In this document: positions 1 to 9,047 of the stretch, in pieces
Layout of the letters: the number at the start of each line of letters is the position of its first letter
How positions within the stretch are numbered: the stretch's first letter is position 1
NCBI GenBank assembly: GCA_021821305.1
Contig: JAKACP010000001.1
Location: 132,934 to 196,933, forward strand
DNA from: a bacterium
GTDB taxonomy: Bacteria > Patescibacteriota > Minisyncoccia > Moranbacterales > UBA1568
Direction: 5' to 3'
Length of the DNA: 64,000 nucleotides
Made by a program: the position numbers and the translations under genes
The notes under the pieces: generated by a model
Databases searched by the model: none
Told to the model about the DNA's origin: nothing
What the model saw: the letters and a program-made list of their open reading frames with translations, nothing else

Positions 1-607
1 CAAGGGTCCGTCCGCGCGCACGATACAGCTCGACCTTCCGCGGTTCACCCTGATCGGGGCCACGACACGACTCGGATCCATATCCAACCCCCTGCGGAAC
101 CGTTTCGGTTCCACTCACCGCCTCGAGTTCTACGACGAGGGCGAGATGCAGTCCATCATCACCCGATCGAGCCGGATACTCGGGGTGCCGATCGAGGACG
201 AGGGATCCCGCGCGATCGCGCGGGCGAGCCGGGCCACGCCGCGCGTCGCCAATCGCCTCCTCAAGCGCGTCCGCGATTATGCCGAGATCCACGACCGTGA
301 ACGGATCACGCATGATCTGGCGCGGGAGGCGCTCACGCTTTTCGAAGTCGACGAGATCGGCCTCGAGCCGACGGACCGCAATATCCTCGCCACGCTCGCG
401 AAACGCTTCAAGGGAGGGCCCGCCGGCGTCCAGACGCTCGCCGCGGTCACCGGGGAAGAGGTCGAGACGATCGAGGATGTCTATGAGCCATACCTCATCC
501 AGCTCGGGTTCCTCGCCCGGACCCCGCGCGGCCGCATCGTCACCAAGGAGGGCTATGAGCACATCGGCATGGAGATGCCGGAAAACCACCAGGACAAACT
601 CCTATGA
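1..607 (+). CDS. ruvB: Holliday junction helicase RuvB (5' truncated by window edge)
   Basis: ATPRVANRLLKRVRDYA, GGPAGVQTLA and YEPYLIQLGFLARTPRGR are RuvB C-terminal motifs; frame stays open to the window start. Confidence 0.97.
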   Translation, partial: KGPSARTIQLDLPRFTLIGATTRLGSISNPLRNRFGSTHRLEFYDEGEMQSIITRSSRILGVPIEDEGSRAIARASRATPRVANRLLKRVRDYAEIHDRERITHDLAREALTLFEVDEIGLEPTDRNILATLAKRFKGGPAGVQTLAAVTGEEVETIEDVYEPYLIQLGFLARTPRGRIVTKEGYEHIGMEMPENHQDKLL

Positions 608-834
608 ACGAGATCATGAACCTCCTCTACCTCGTCGTCGTCCTCGGCATCACCGGAGTGTCGCTTTTCGTCGTGTACCACATCCTCCGATACTCCTTGT
701 CGAGGAAAAAGGCGATCGAAGGGGCCGTGCTGTTCATCTCGGTGTTCCTGTTCCTCCTGTTCACCAACATGATCCTCTTCTCGCAACTCGACTGGCGATC
801 CATACTCGGAACCGCCGCGAACACGACCCTATGA
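604..834 (+). CDS. Small two-TM membrane protein
   Basis: 76 aa with two hydrophobic helices; ATGA overlaps with both neighbours. Confidence 0.75.
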   Translation: MNEIMNLLYLVVVLGITGVSLFVVYHILRYSLSRKKAIEGAVLFISVFLFLLFTNMILFSQLDWRSILGTAANTTL

Positions 835-1427
835 AACCGACGGAAACGAAAAACATCACCTTCCCGGGGAAGCATGATCGGGAGACGGTCATCGCCGTCA
901 TCCACCGCCATTGGTTCGACATGTTCTCGCATCTCCTCACCGGGATACTCATGGGCATGGTGCTCCTCGGCAGTCTCGCCGTCCTTCCGGCGCTGTATCC
1001 CGACATCGCCGCCGGACAGCACGCCGCGTTCTTTTTCTTCATGGAAAACACCTTCCTCCTCTTCCTGTGGGTCTACCTCTTCCTCATCTGGATCGATGTC
1101 TACTTCGACGTCTGGATCATCACGGACGAGCGCATCGTGAACATCGAGCAGAAAGGGCTGTTCGTGAGACACATAAGCGAGCTCCGGTTCTCCCAGGTGC
1201 AGGACGTGACGAGCGAGGTGGAAGGGATCATCCCGAGCATACTCGACTATGGCGAAGTCTTCGTCCAGACCGCCGGCGAACAGACGCGCTTCATCTTCCG
1301 CAACGTCCCGAATCCGATCGGGATCAAGGACCTCGTGATGCGGCTTGCGAGCGACGCGCGGGAGGACGATATCGAGGAGGCGGTGAAGCTCCTCCACGAG
1401 ACCAAGCGGCCGGGAATGTTTTCTTGA
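831..1427 (+). CDS. Membrane protein with bacterial PH (bPH_2-like) domain
   Basis: Two TM helices followed by WIITDERIVNIEQKGLF...VQDVT...DYGEVFVQTAG; start placed at ATG 831. Confidence 0.8.
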   Translation: MKPTETKNITFPGKHDRETVIAVIHRHWFDMFSHLLTGILMGMVLLGSLAVLPALYPDIAAGQHAAFFFFMENTFLLFLWVYLFLIWIDVYFDVWIITDERIVNIEQKGLFVRHISELRFSQVQDVTSEVEGIIPSILDYGEVFVQTAGEQTRFIFRNVPNPIGIKDLVMRLASDAREDDIEEAVKLLHETKRPGMFS

Positions 1428-1615
1428 TAAAAAGCGCGTCATCGGCTACCATGGAGGCGCTTCTTTGCTTTTAATGACTATCCGAGAAGGCGGGAATTTG
1501 AGTGGAATTCGAGGCGACACGAGGATACGGAGTAAGACGTACTGAGCAAGTACGTCGTCGAGTACCGGAGTGTCAACGAAGAAGTCCGCCAAATTCCCGC
1601 TCTTCGGTCACACCT

Positions 1616-2332
1616 ATGTCCGGACACTCCCACTGGGCCACAACCCACCGACAAAAAGGCGTCAATGACGCCAAGCGCGCCGCCATCTTCACCAAGGCCG
1701 GCCGGCTCGTGACCATCGCGGCGAAAGGCGGCGGAAATCCTGATATGAACTTCAAGCTCCGCCTCGCCATCGACCAGGCGCGCGCCGTCAACATGCCCAA
1801 GGACCGCATCGACCGGGCCATCAAGATCGGCACCGGCGAATCGAAGGAAGGGGCGGAGATCGATGAGCTCCTCTACGAAGCCTACGGTCCGGGACAGGTC
1901 GCGCTTCTCATCGGGGTCGCCACCGACAACCGGAACCGCTCGGTCGGCGAGGTCCGCACGCTGCTCACCAAGAACGGCGGGAAGATGGTCGCCGAAGGCG
2001 CGGTCGCCTATATGTTCGAATCCGTGGGCGAGATCGTCGTCTCGCTCGACGGGAAGGATCGCGACGAAGCGGAACTGCTCGCGATCGAATCCGGCGCCGA
2101 GGACGTGTCCGTCGATGATGGGAACCTCATCGTACTCACCAAGCCCGACCAGCTCCAGATGGTGAAGGAATCGCTCGAAAAGAACGGCTTCACCGTCGAA
2201 TCGGCGGCACTCTCCTATTCTCCGACCCAGAAGACATCCGCTTCCGCGGAAGACACGGAAAAGCTCGAGCGGTTGCTCGAAATCCTCGACGACCACCCGG
2301 ATGTCCAGACGGTGTGGGACAATCTCGAATAA
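1616..2332 (+). CDS. yebC: YebC/PmpR family protein
   Basis: MSGHSHWATT start, YEAYGPG, TDNRNRS, DDHPDVQTVW; lies beside ruvC. Confidence 0.96.
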   Translation: MSGHSHWATTHRQKGVNDAKRAAIFTKAGRLVTIAAKGGGNPDMNFKLRLAIDQARAVNMPKDRIDRAIKIGTGESKEGAEIDELLYEAYGPGQVALLIGVATDNRNRSVGEVRTLLTKNGGKMVAEGAVAYMFESVGEIVVSLDGKDRDEAELLAIESGAEDVSVDDGNLIVLTKPDQLQMVKESLEKNGFTVESAALSYSPTQKTSASAEDTEKLERLLEILDDHPDVQTVWDNLE

Positions 2333-2358
2333 CAAGCATCCGATTAACGGATAAAGAC

Positions 2359-2847
2359 ATGAGAATAATCGGCATCGATCCGGGGACGGCGATCATCGGC
2401 TGGGGCGTCATCGACGACGCCGGGGGCAACCTCGCCACGCTCGCCTACGGACACATCACGACCCCGGCGAAGATGCCGCTTGCGGAACGCCTCCCCATCA
2501 TCGAGGAAGCGCTTTCGAAAATACTCGGGGAATGGAAGCCGGAAGAGGCCTCCGTCGAGGAGCTTTTCTTCTACAACAACCAGAAAACTGTCATTTCCGT
2601 CGCTCAGGCCAGGGGAGCTATACTCTTGACATTAAGCCATTTTCATGTTAATATCTTCGGTTACACGCCACTCCAAGTGAAGCAGGCGTTGACCACCTAC
2701 GGAAGGGCCGACAAGCACCAGGTCCAACAGATGGTGAAGAGCGTTCTCAAGTTGGGCGAGATACCAAAGCCGGATGACACCGCCGACGCGCTCGCGCTCG
2801 CCGTGTGCCACTCCTCGGCCAGAAAAATGAACCGTCTTCGGAGTTGA
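2359..2847 (+). CDS. ruvC: Crossover junction endodeoxyribonuclease RuvC
   Basis: MRIIGIDPG, VEELFF, YTPLQVKQ, PDDTADALA. Confidence 0.97.
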   Translation: MRIIGIDPGTAIIGWGVIDDAGGNLATLAYGHITTPAKMPLAERLPIIEEALSKILGEWKPEEASVEELFFYNNQKTVISVAQARGAILLTLSHFHVNIFGYTPLQVKQALTTYGRADKHQVQQMVKSVLKLGEIPKPDDTADALALAVCHSSARKMNRLRS

Positions 2848-2913
2848 CATCGCGAGACAAGTCTTGCGGAATGATACCTCTGGGGGGATAATGTACTCGG
2901 AGGGATTTTTTTA

Positions 2914-2973
2914 TTCACCCAGTGAAATAATTCGCTTCGCGAATTCCTGCTTTGCAGGATTTCACGGGGTAAA
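2914..2973. repeat. Cloverleaf palindromic repeat, copy 1 (CCCnGTGAAAT...ATTTCACnGGG)
   Basis: Outer stem plus two inner hairpins AATTCGC/GCGAATT and CCTGC/GCAGG; related copy at 22091-22148. Confidence 0.7.
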
Positions 2974-2978
2974 TCCAT

Positions 2979-3635
2979 ATGGAATACCATCCGTTCATAC
3001 AGTTCGCCGCGGGAGAAGGCGTGCCGATGCAGACCATCGCGCTTCTGCTCATGCTCCCCCTCGTCGCGACCCTCGTCGCGTTCTTCCGGCAGGTCGTCGG
3101 TATCAAGGCGTTCGGCATCTATACGCCGTCGATCGTCACGTTCGCCTTCGTCGCGTTCGATCCGAAGGGATTCAAGTACGGGATCGGGATCTTCTTGGCG
3201 GTCATATTCGTCGGCATGGTATCACGGTATATCCTCAAGCCGTTCCGGCTGCTCTATCTCCCGCGCGTCGCCATCACGCTCTCGCTCATCTCGTTCGTCA
3301 TGTTCGCCATCCTCATCTTCGGCGGCTATTTCCAGCGCACGGGGCTCGCGGCCGTGTCCATCTTCCCGCTCCTCATCATGATCACGCTCGCCGAAAAATT
3401 CGTCGCGGTCCAGATCGAGAAGGGCAACCGGGTCGCGCTCCTGCTCGCCGGCGAGACGCTCGTCATCTCGCTCGTCGGATACGCGCTCGTCAGCTCGTCC
3501 GCGGTGACCCTCACCATGCTCGTCTATCCGTGGCTCGTGCTCCTCGCCATCCCGGTCAATATCATGCTCGGGAAATGGACGGGCCTGCGCCTCGTCGAGT
3601 ATGTCCGTTTCTACAAGATCCTCAGCAAAAAATGA
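2979..3635 (+). CDS. 7TM domain protein (7TM_transglut-like)
   Basis: RQVVGIKAFGIYTP, YLPRVA, GKWTGLRLVEYVRF; adjacent to an ATP-grasp gene. Confidence 0.85.
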   Translation: MEYHPFIQFAAGEGVPMQTIALLLMLPLVATLVAFFRQVVGIKAFGIYTPSIVTFAFVAFDPKGFKYGIGIFLAVIFVGMVSRYILKPFRLLYLPRVAITLSLISFVMFAILIFGGYFQRTGLAAVSIFPLLIMITLAEKFVAVQIEKGNRVALLLAGETLVISLVGYALVSSSAVTLTMLVYPWLVLLAIPVNIMLGKWTGLRLVEYVRFYKILSKK

Positions 3636-3639
3636 CGCC

Positions 3640-5034
3640 ATGTTCGAGCTTCTCAAAAAAAGCGGTGGCATATTGGGAATGAACGCGCGCAACCTCGAGT
3701 ATGTGCGTCCTTTGAACCGTCGCCAGGCGCGGGAGATCGCCGACAACAAGCTCCTCGCGAAGCGGGTCCTCAAAAAAAACGATCTCCCCGTTCCGGGGCT
3801 CATCGCGAAGATCCGGACCGAGGAAGACCTCGAGTCCTTCGACTGGTCCACGCTTCCGGGCAGTTTCGCCCTCAAGCCGAACCGCGGATTCGGCGGCGAG
3901 GGAATCGTCGTCGTCTACGGACGGAAGAAGGGGCGCGATGACGCGTGGGTCAAGGCGAACGGTTCGGTCATCACCGTCGACGACCTGCGGGCGCATATCC
4001 GCAACATCCTCGACGGATCGTTCTCGCTCACCAACACTCCCGACATCGCGTTCTTCGAGGAGCGGCTCAAACTGCTCAAACTCTTCAAGCCGTACGCCTA
4101 CAAGGGAATCCCCGACATCCGCGTCATCGTGTTCAATGGGATACCGATCATGGCGATGCTCCGTCTCCCGACCCGGCAGTCCGACGGCAAGGCCAATCTC
4201 CAACAGGGCGCCATCGGTGTCGGCCTTGACCTCGCGACCGGGACGACGACGACCGCCGTCCTCGGGAAATCGCATATCATCGAGCACATCCCGAGAACCC
4301 GCCTCGTGCTCTCCGGTCTCAAGCTCCCCTACTGGAACGAGATCCTCCGCATCGCGGTCGAGTCCCAGCGCATCTCCGGACTCGGATTCCTCGGTGCCGA
4401 CATCGCGCTCGATCGCGATCGCGGCCCCGTCATTCTCGAGCTCAACGCGCGCCCAGGACTTTCCATCCAGGTCGCCAACCTCTCGGGACTCAAGACCCGT
4501 CTCAACCGCGTGAAGGGGCTCAAGGTCAGGACGACCGAGCGCGGCATCCTCCTCGGCAAACATCTCTTCGGCGGCGAGATCGAGGAAGAGATCGAGGAAC
4601 TCTCCGGACGGCGCGTCATCGGTTCGACCGAAAAGGTGAAGCTCATCGGCAAGGACGGCAAGGAGATCGAGATCGAGGCCAAGATCGATACCGGCGCCGA
4701 TTCCACCTCGATCGATACCGCGCTCGCGCGCGAGCTCGGATTCGGGGATGCGCTCTCGACCTTCGAGAGTCGCCTTGGCGGGCAGGACGTCATGAAGGAA
4801 CTGTCGAAAGAGGAACGGCAGAAGCTCTTCTCCGGTATCCCGGATCTCGCGGATACGGTCCCCGTGAAATCATCCCATGGAACGAGCTACCGGCCTATGG
4901 TCCGCATCGAATTCGTCATGGACACCGTCACCGTCCCGGCGAAGGTCTCGGTGATCGATCGGTCGGGACTCGAATATCCCGTCATCATCGGACGGAAGAG
5001 TCTCCGGAAATTCCTCGTGGACGTGAATAAATAA
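3640..5034 (+). CDS. ATP-grasp ligase (alpha-L-glutamate ligase-like) fused to a C-terminal retropepsin-like protease domain
   Basis: ILGMNARN, KPNRGFGGEGI, DIRVIV, ANLQQGAIGVG, LELNARPGL; C-terminal AKIDTGADSTSID and VIIGR. Confidence 0.88.
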   Translation: MFELLKKSGGILGMNARNLEYVRPLNRRQAREIADNKLLAKRVLKKNDLPVPGLIAKIRTEEDLESFDWSTLPGSFALKPNRGFGGEGIVVVYGRKKGRDDAWVKANGSVITVDDLRAHIRNILDGSFSLTNTPDIAFFEERLKLLKLFKPYAYKGIPDIRVIVFNGIPIMAMLRLPTRQSDGKANLQQGAIGVGLDLATGTTTTAVLGKSHIIEHIPRTRLVLSGLKLPYWNEILRIAVESQRISGLGFLGADIALDRDRGPVILELNARPGLSIQVANLSGLKTRLNRVKGLKVRTTERGILLGKHLFGGEIEEEIEELSGRRVIGSTEKVKLIGKDGKEIEIEAKIDTGADSTSIDTALARELGFGDALSTFESRLGGQDVMKELSKEERQKLFSGIPDLADTVPVKSSHGTSYRPMVRIEFVMDTVTVPAKVSVIDRSGLEYPVIIGRKSLRKFLVDVNK

Positions 5035-5044
5035 TCGGAATCAT

Positions 5045-6049
5045 ATGAATGAAAAAGCCGTCGACAAATGGACGAAGCATGGCGGATTCCGATCCTTCCT
5101 GAAATGCGCCACGCGGTGCGGCGTGAAAATCACCGTTCTCTCGAAGGAGAGTCACGTCATCAGACTCGGATACGGCGGCGATGTCGCCTTCCTCAAGGGA
5201 GCCAACGCACCGGTCATGAGGAGAATGGGAAACCTCACCCGGAACAAGGACGTGACCAAACAAATCCTCGAGGATGTCGGTATCCGCACGCCCCGTGGCA
5301 TAGTCGCGAATTCCATCCAAGACGCCATAAAAGCCGTGAAGAAGCACCGGATGCCGTTCCCGCTCATCCTCAAGCCGACCCACGGGTCGCGCTCGCTCGG
5401 CGTGACATGGAACATCCGTTCCGAGCAGGACCTCCGTGACGCTTTTTCGAGTTTCGAAAAGATAAAACGCGAACACTCCCTGAAAAAGGACACGGTGCTG
5501 GTCGAGGAGATGTTCGTCGGCCATGAATATCGGGTGCTCGTCCTCAATGGTCGGGTCATCTCCTGCGTACAAAAGGTCCCTGCAAGCGTCATCGGCGACG
5601 GGACATCGTCGATCAAGAAACTCATCGGTGCATTCAACAAGACCCGCCTCCGCGGATTCAAGATACGCCTCGATGCCATCGCCGAAAATACGATCGCGGA
5701 AAACAAGCTCACGCTTGATTCGATCCTCCCGAAAGGTCGCATACTCAGGCTCCGCAACAACCTCAATATGTCTGATGGCGGCCGGTCGATCGATGTCACG
5801 GCATCCATGCACCGATCCTTCAAGGACCTCTGCGTGAAATCGACCGAAGTCACGGGGCTGTCGTTCGCCGGAGTCGACGTGATCGCGAAGGACCTTTCAA
5901 GGCCGGCAAGGAGGGACAACTATGTCATCCTCGAGCTCAATCCGAATCCGTACTACAACATGAACGAAAAGCCGCTCGCGGAAGGTAAGGGCACCGATGT
6001 CTCCTTCCTTCTCCTGAAACAACTGTTCCCGAATATTCGGAAGAAATGA
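5045..6049 (+). CDS. ATP-grasp protein resembling the cyanophycin synthetase/GshAB ATP-grasp domain
   Basis: ILKPTHGSRSLGV, VLVEE, EYRVLV, PASVIGDG, NMSDGG, GVDVI, ILELNPNP. Confidence 0.8.
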   Translation: MNEKAVDKWTKHGGFRSFLKCATRCGVKITVLSKESHVIRLGYGGDVAFLKGANAPVMRRMGNLTRNKDVTKQILEDVGIRTPRGIVANSIQDAIKAVKKHRMPFPLILKPTHGSRSLGVTWNIRSEQDLRDAFSSFEKIKREHSLKKDTVLVEEMFVGHEYRVLVLNGRVISCVQKVPASVIGDGTSSIKKLIGAFNKTRLRGFKIRLDAIAENTIAENKLTLDSILPKGRILRLRNNLNMSDGGRSIDVTASMHRSFKDLCVKSTEVTGLSFAGVDVIAKDLSRPARRDNYVILELNPNPYYNMNEKPLAEGKGTDVSFLLLKQLFPNIRKK

Positions 6050-6107
6050 ACCCTTGAGAAAACCGGTGTTTCGGTGTAGAATCAGCATACGTTTGCTGAT
6101 TTTATCT

Positions 6108-8657
6108 ATGAAAATATTCTTTTTTAAGCCAAAAAAATTGATTTCCGGCGGAGAGAAGCCTGAAAAACCGAAGCGCTCGCGGAAATGGCTTCCGTTGGCG
6201 CTCAAGGTGTCCGGAATCCTGCTTATCCTCGGCTCGATCGCGGCGATAAGCCTGTTCGCCTGGGTCGCGAAGGACCTGCCCTCCCCGGGCAAGGTCAACA
6301 AGCGCGTCATCGCCGAATCGACCAAGATCTACGACCGATCCGGCGAGCATCTCCTCTATGAGGTGCACGGCGAGGAAAAGCGCACCCTTATCCCGTTCGA
6401 GGAGATTCCTCCGACCGTCCGCGCGGCGACACTTGCTCTTGAGGATCAGGACTTCTACTCCCACCACGGTATCAAACTGACCTCGATCGCACGCGCCATC
6501 CTCAAGGATGTCATCGAGCTGAGCGCGGCACAGGGAGCATCCACCATCACCCAACAGTTCGTCAAGAATTCCCTCCTGACCAACGAAAAAACACTCATCA
6601 GAAAGGTAAAAGAGGTCATCTTGTCGCTCGAGATCGAACAAAAATTCTCCAAGGATGAGATTCTCGCGATGTATCTCAATGAGATTCCCTACGGATCGAA
6701 CGCGTACGGGATAGAGGCGGCGGCGCAGACGTTCTTCGGGAAGAGCGCGAAGGATCTTTCCCTCGATGAGGCGGCGCTTCTCGCCGGACTCCCCAAGGCT
6801 CCGACCTACTATTCACCCTACGGGGCCAGGGCCGAACAGTTGAAAATACGGCAGGAAGTGGCCCTGAACCAGATGGCGAAACTCGGCTACATCACCCAGG
6901 AAGAGGCTGACGCCGCGAAACAAGTCGACGTATTCGGGAAACTTTCCATAAATCGGGACGCTATCGCGGCGCCCCACTTCGTCATGTATGTCCGCGACTA
7001 TCTCACCGAGAAGTACGGCGAAGGCGCGATAGAGTCGATGGGCCTCAAGGTCTACACCACGCTCGACTGGGACAAGCAGATGAAGGCTGAGGAGATCGTC
7101 AGGGAAAAGGCTGCGGAAAACGCCACAAAGTGGAACGCGGAAAACGCGTCTTTGGTCGCGATCGATCCGAAAACCGGGCAGATACTCACGATGGTCGGCT
7201 CGAAAGATTACTTCGACAAGGAGATCGACGGGCAGGTCAACGTCGCCATTCGGGACCGCCAGCCGGGATCCTCGTTCAAACCGTACGTTTACCTCGCCGC
7301 CTTCATCAAGGGATACACGCCGGAAACCATGCTCTATGACGTGGAAACCGAGTTTGAGACGGCGGAAGGCAAGGAATACAAGCCGCAGAATTATGATGGG
7401 ACGTTCCGTGGTCCGCTTCATATGAAGGAGGCGCTCGCACAGTCCCTCAATATCCCGGCTGTGAAGACGCTCTACCTCGTCGGCGTCAAGGATGCCATAA
7501 CGCTCGCGAAAAGCCTCGGCATCACCGGACTCAACGACGAGAACCGCTACGGCCTCTCGCTCGTCCTCGGCGGAGGGGAGATCACCCTCCTCGACCACGT
7601 GAGTGCCTACTCGACGCTCGCCACCGGCGGCGTGAAGCATGATAAGACAGCCATTCTCCGCATAGAGAGCGCCCAAGGGGAGGTCATCGAGGAATTCAAG
7701 CCGGATGCAGGCGAACGGGTGATCGAGGAAAAATACGTGGCCATGCTCGATCATATCATGTCGACAAACGCCTATCGGGCGCCGGTATTCGGGGAAAACA
7801 GTCCATTGCGCTCCGATAATCGTCCGATCGCGGCCAAAACCGGCACCACGAACGAATTCCGCGACGGATGGACCATCGGACACACGCCATCGATTTCGGT
7901 CGGTGTATGGGCCGGGAACAACGACAACACCCCGATGAGAGCCGGGGCTGATGGCATCAATGTCGCCGCGCCGATTTTCCGATCTTTCATGGATTTCGCC
8001 CTGCAGAATACGGCCATCGAGAAATTCCCCGAATACAAGCCGGATGAGTTTTTCAACAAGGATGAGGAGTGGATGAAAAAACCGATGTTAAGCGGAAAAC
8101 TCGAGGAAACGAAGGATTTGAAGGTCTGTGAGATAGATGATGATGAGTACTGTCTCGCGAGCAAATATTGCCGCGACAAGGATATAGAAAAGAAGGATTT
8201 CATCGATGCTCACTCGATACTCCACTATATAACCCGCGACGACCCGCGCGGATCGAAGCCGGATAAGCCGGATCGCGACCCTCAATACAAGAATTGGGAA
8301 AAGGGCGTGGAGGAATGGTATAAGAAGGAAAAGAAGATCGTTATCGATGAGCCTCCGAAAAACGAGTGTTCACAGGATGATTTCCCTGATTATCTTCCAA
8401 TGGTATCACTTTCCGCGCCGGATTCCGCTGGCTCATCGTTCTCCATAGAGGCAAGAGCTGACGCTCCGTACGAAGTGGAGTATCTCAAGATATTCGTCGA
8501 TGGTTCGGAAATAGCGTCCGGATCCAGTAGCTCGCTGTCAACAACCTATTCCGTTCCGCTTACGAAAAACAATTCCACGGTGACCGTGGAAGTGAAACTG
8601 AGGGATAAGAACGGGAATGAGAAAGGAACACAGAAAAGCGTTTCCGTAAGTTTCTAA
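6108..8657 (+). CDS. Class A penicillin-binding protein (transglycosylase-transpeptidase) with C-terminal Ig-like extension
   Basis: EDQDFYSHHG, GASTITQQ, RKVKE, PGSSFKP (SxxK), SLN, KTGT. Confidence 0.95.
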   Translation: MKIFFFKPKKLISGGEKPEKPKRSRKWLPLALKVSGILLILGSIAAISLFAWVAKDLPSPGKVNKRVIAESTKIYDRSGEHLLYEVHGEEKRTLIPFEEIPPTVRAATLALEDQDFYSHHGIKLTSIARAILKDVIELSAAQGASTITQQFVKNSLLTNEKTLIRKVKEVILSLEIEQKFSKDEILAMYLNEIPYGSNAYGIEAAAQTFFGKSAKDLSLDEAALLAGLPKAPTYYSPYGARAEQLKIRQEVALNQMAKLGYITQEEADAAKQVDVFGKLSINRDAIAAPHFVMYVRDYLTEKYGEGAIESMGLKVYTTLDWDKQMKAEEIVREKAAENATKWNAENASLVAIDPKTGQILTMVGSKDYFDKEIDGQVNVAIRDRQPGSSFKPYVYLAAFIKGYTPETMLYDVETEFETAEGKEYKPQNYDGTFRGPLHMKEALAQSLNIPAVKTLYLVGVKDAITLAKSLGITGLNDENRYGLSLVLGGGEITLLDHVSAYSTLATGGVKHDKTAILRIESAQGEVIEEFKPDAGERVIEEKYVAMLDHIMSTNAYRAPVFGENSPLRSDNRPIAAKTGTTNEFRDGWTIGHTPSISVGVWAGNNDNTPMRAGADGINVAAPIFRSFMDFALQNTAIEKFPEYKPDEFFNKDEEWMKKPMLSGKLEETKDLKVCEIDDDEYCLASKYCRDKDIEKKDFIDAHSILHYITRDDPRGSKPDKPDRDPQYKNWEKGVEEWYKKEKKIVIDEPPKNECSQDDFPDYLPMVSLSAPDSAGSSFSIEARADAPYEVEYLKIFVDGSEIASGSSSSLSTTYSVPLTKNNSTVTVEVKLRDKNGNEKGTQKSVSVSF

Positions 8658-8677
8658 GGATTTCCGGTTATCCTGAC

Positions 8678-8705
8678 AAAAAATCCCCTTTTCGGGGATT
8701 TTTTT
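8678..8705. terminator. Bidirectional intrinsic terminator
   Basis: AAAAAATCCCC-TTTTC-GGGGATTTTTTT between convergent genes. Confidence 0.8.
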
Positions 8706-9015
8706 AAATTTCTGACACCTTTATTTCCGAAACGATCTCTTCTCCGATTTCCTGATTTATCTTCATCCGGATCGACTCCCGATTGGTCCAGACTTCACCG
8801 ACCCAGAGTGAATTCTGCGAGAAAAGAAAGAGTTTCCCGTCTTTCCAGAATTTCGGGGATATATTCTCCTTTCCTCGGATACCATACTGCGACAAGAGTA
8901 TTTTTTCCGCGAGAAAGAATATCGTCTTTTCATCGAGATCCGTCTTCGTCGGATGCGTCTTCTTTTTTCCTGATGGGCCGCCACCTAAGGAAAGATAGTC
9001 GGAAAGTTTTTTCAT
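8704..9015 (-). CDS. DciA/DUF721-like protein
   Basis: 103 aa directly after dnaN; C-terminal KH-like pattern (GKLFL..QNSLW..E......I..KIN......V.EI). Confidence 0.7.
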   Translation of the reverse strand: MKKLSDYLSLGGGPSGKKKTHPTKTDLDEKTIFFLAEKILLSQYGIRGKENISPKFWKDGKLFLFSQNSLWVGEVWTNRESIRMKINQEIGEEIVSEIKVSEI

Positions 9016-9047
9016 ATTCCTGAGAGCCTATCCTGATAGGGTCCTAA

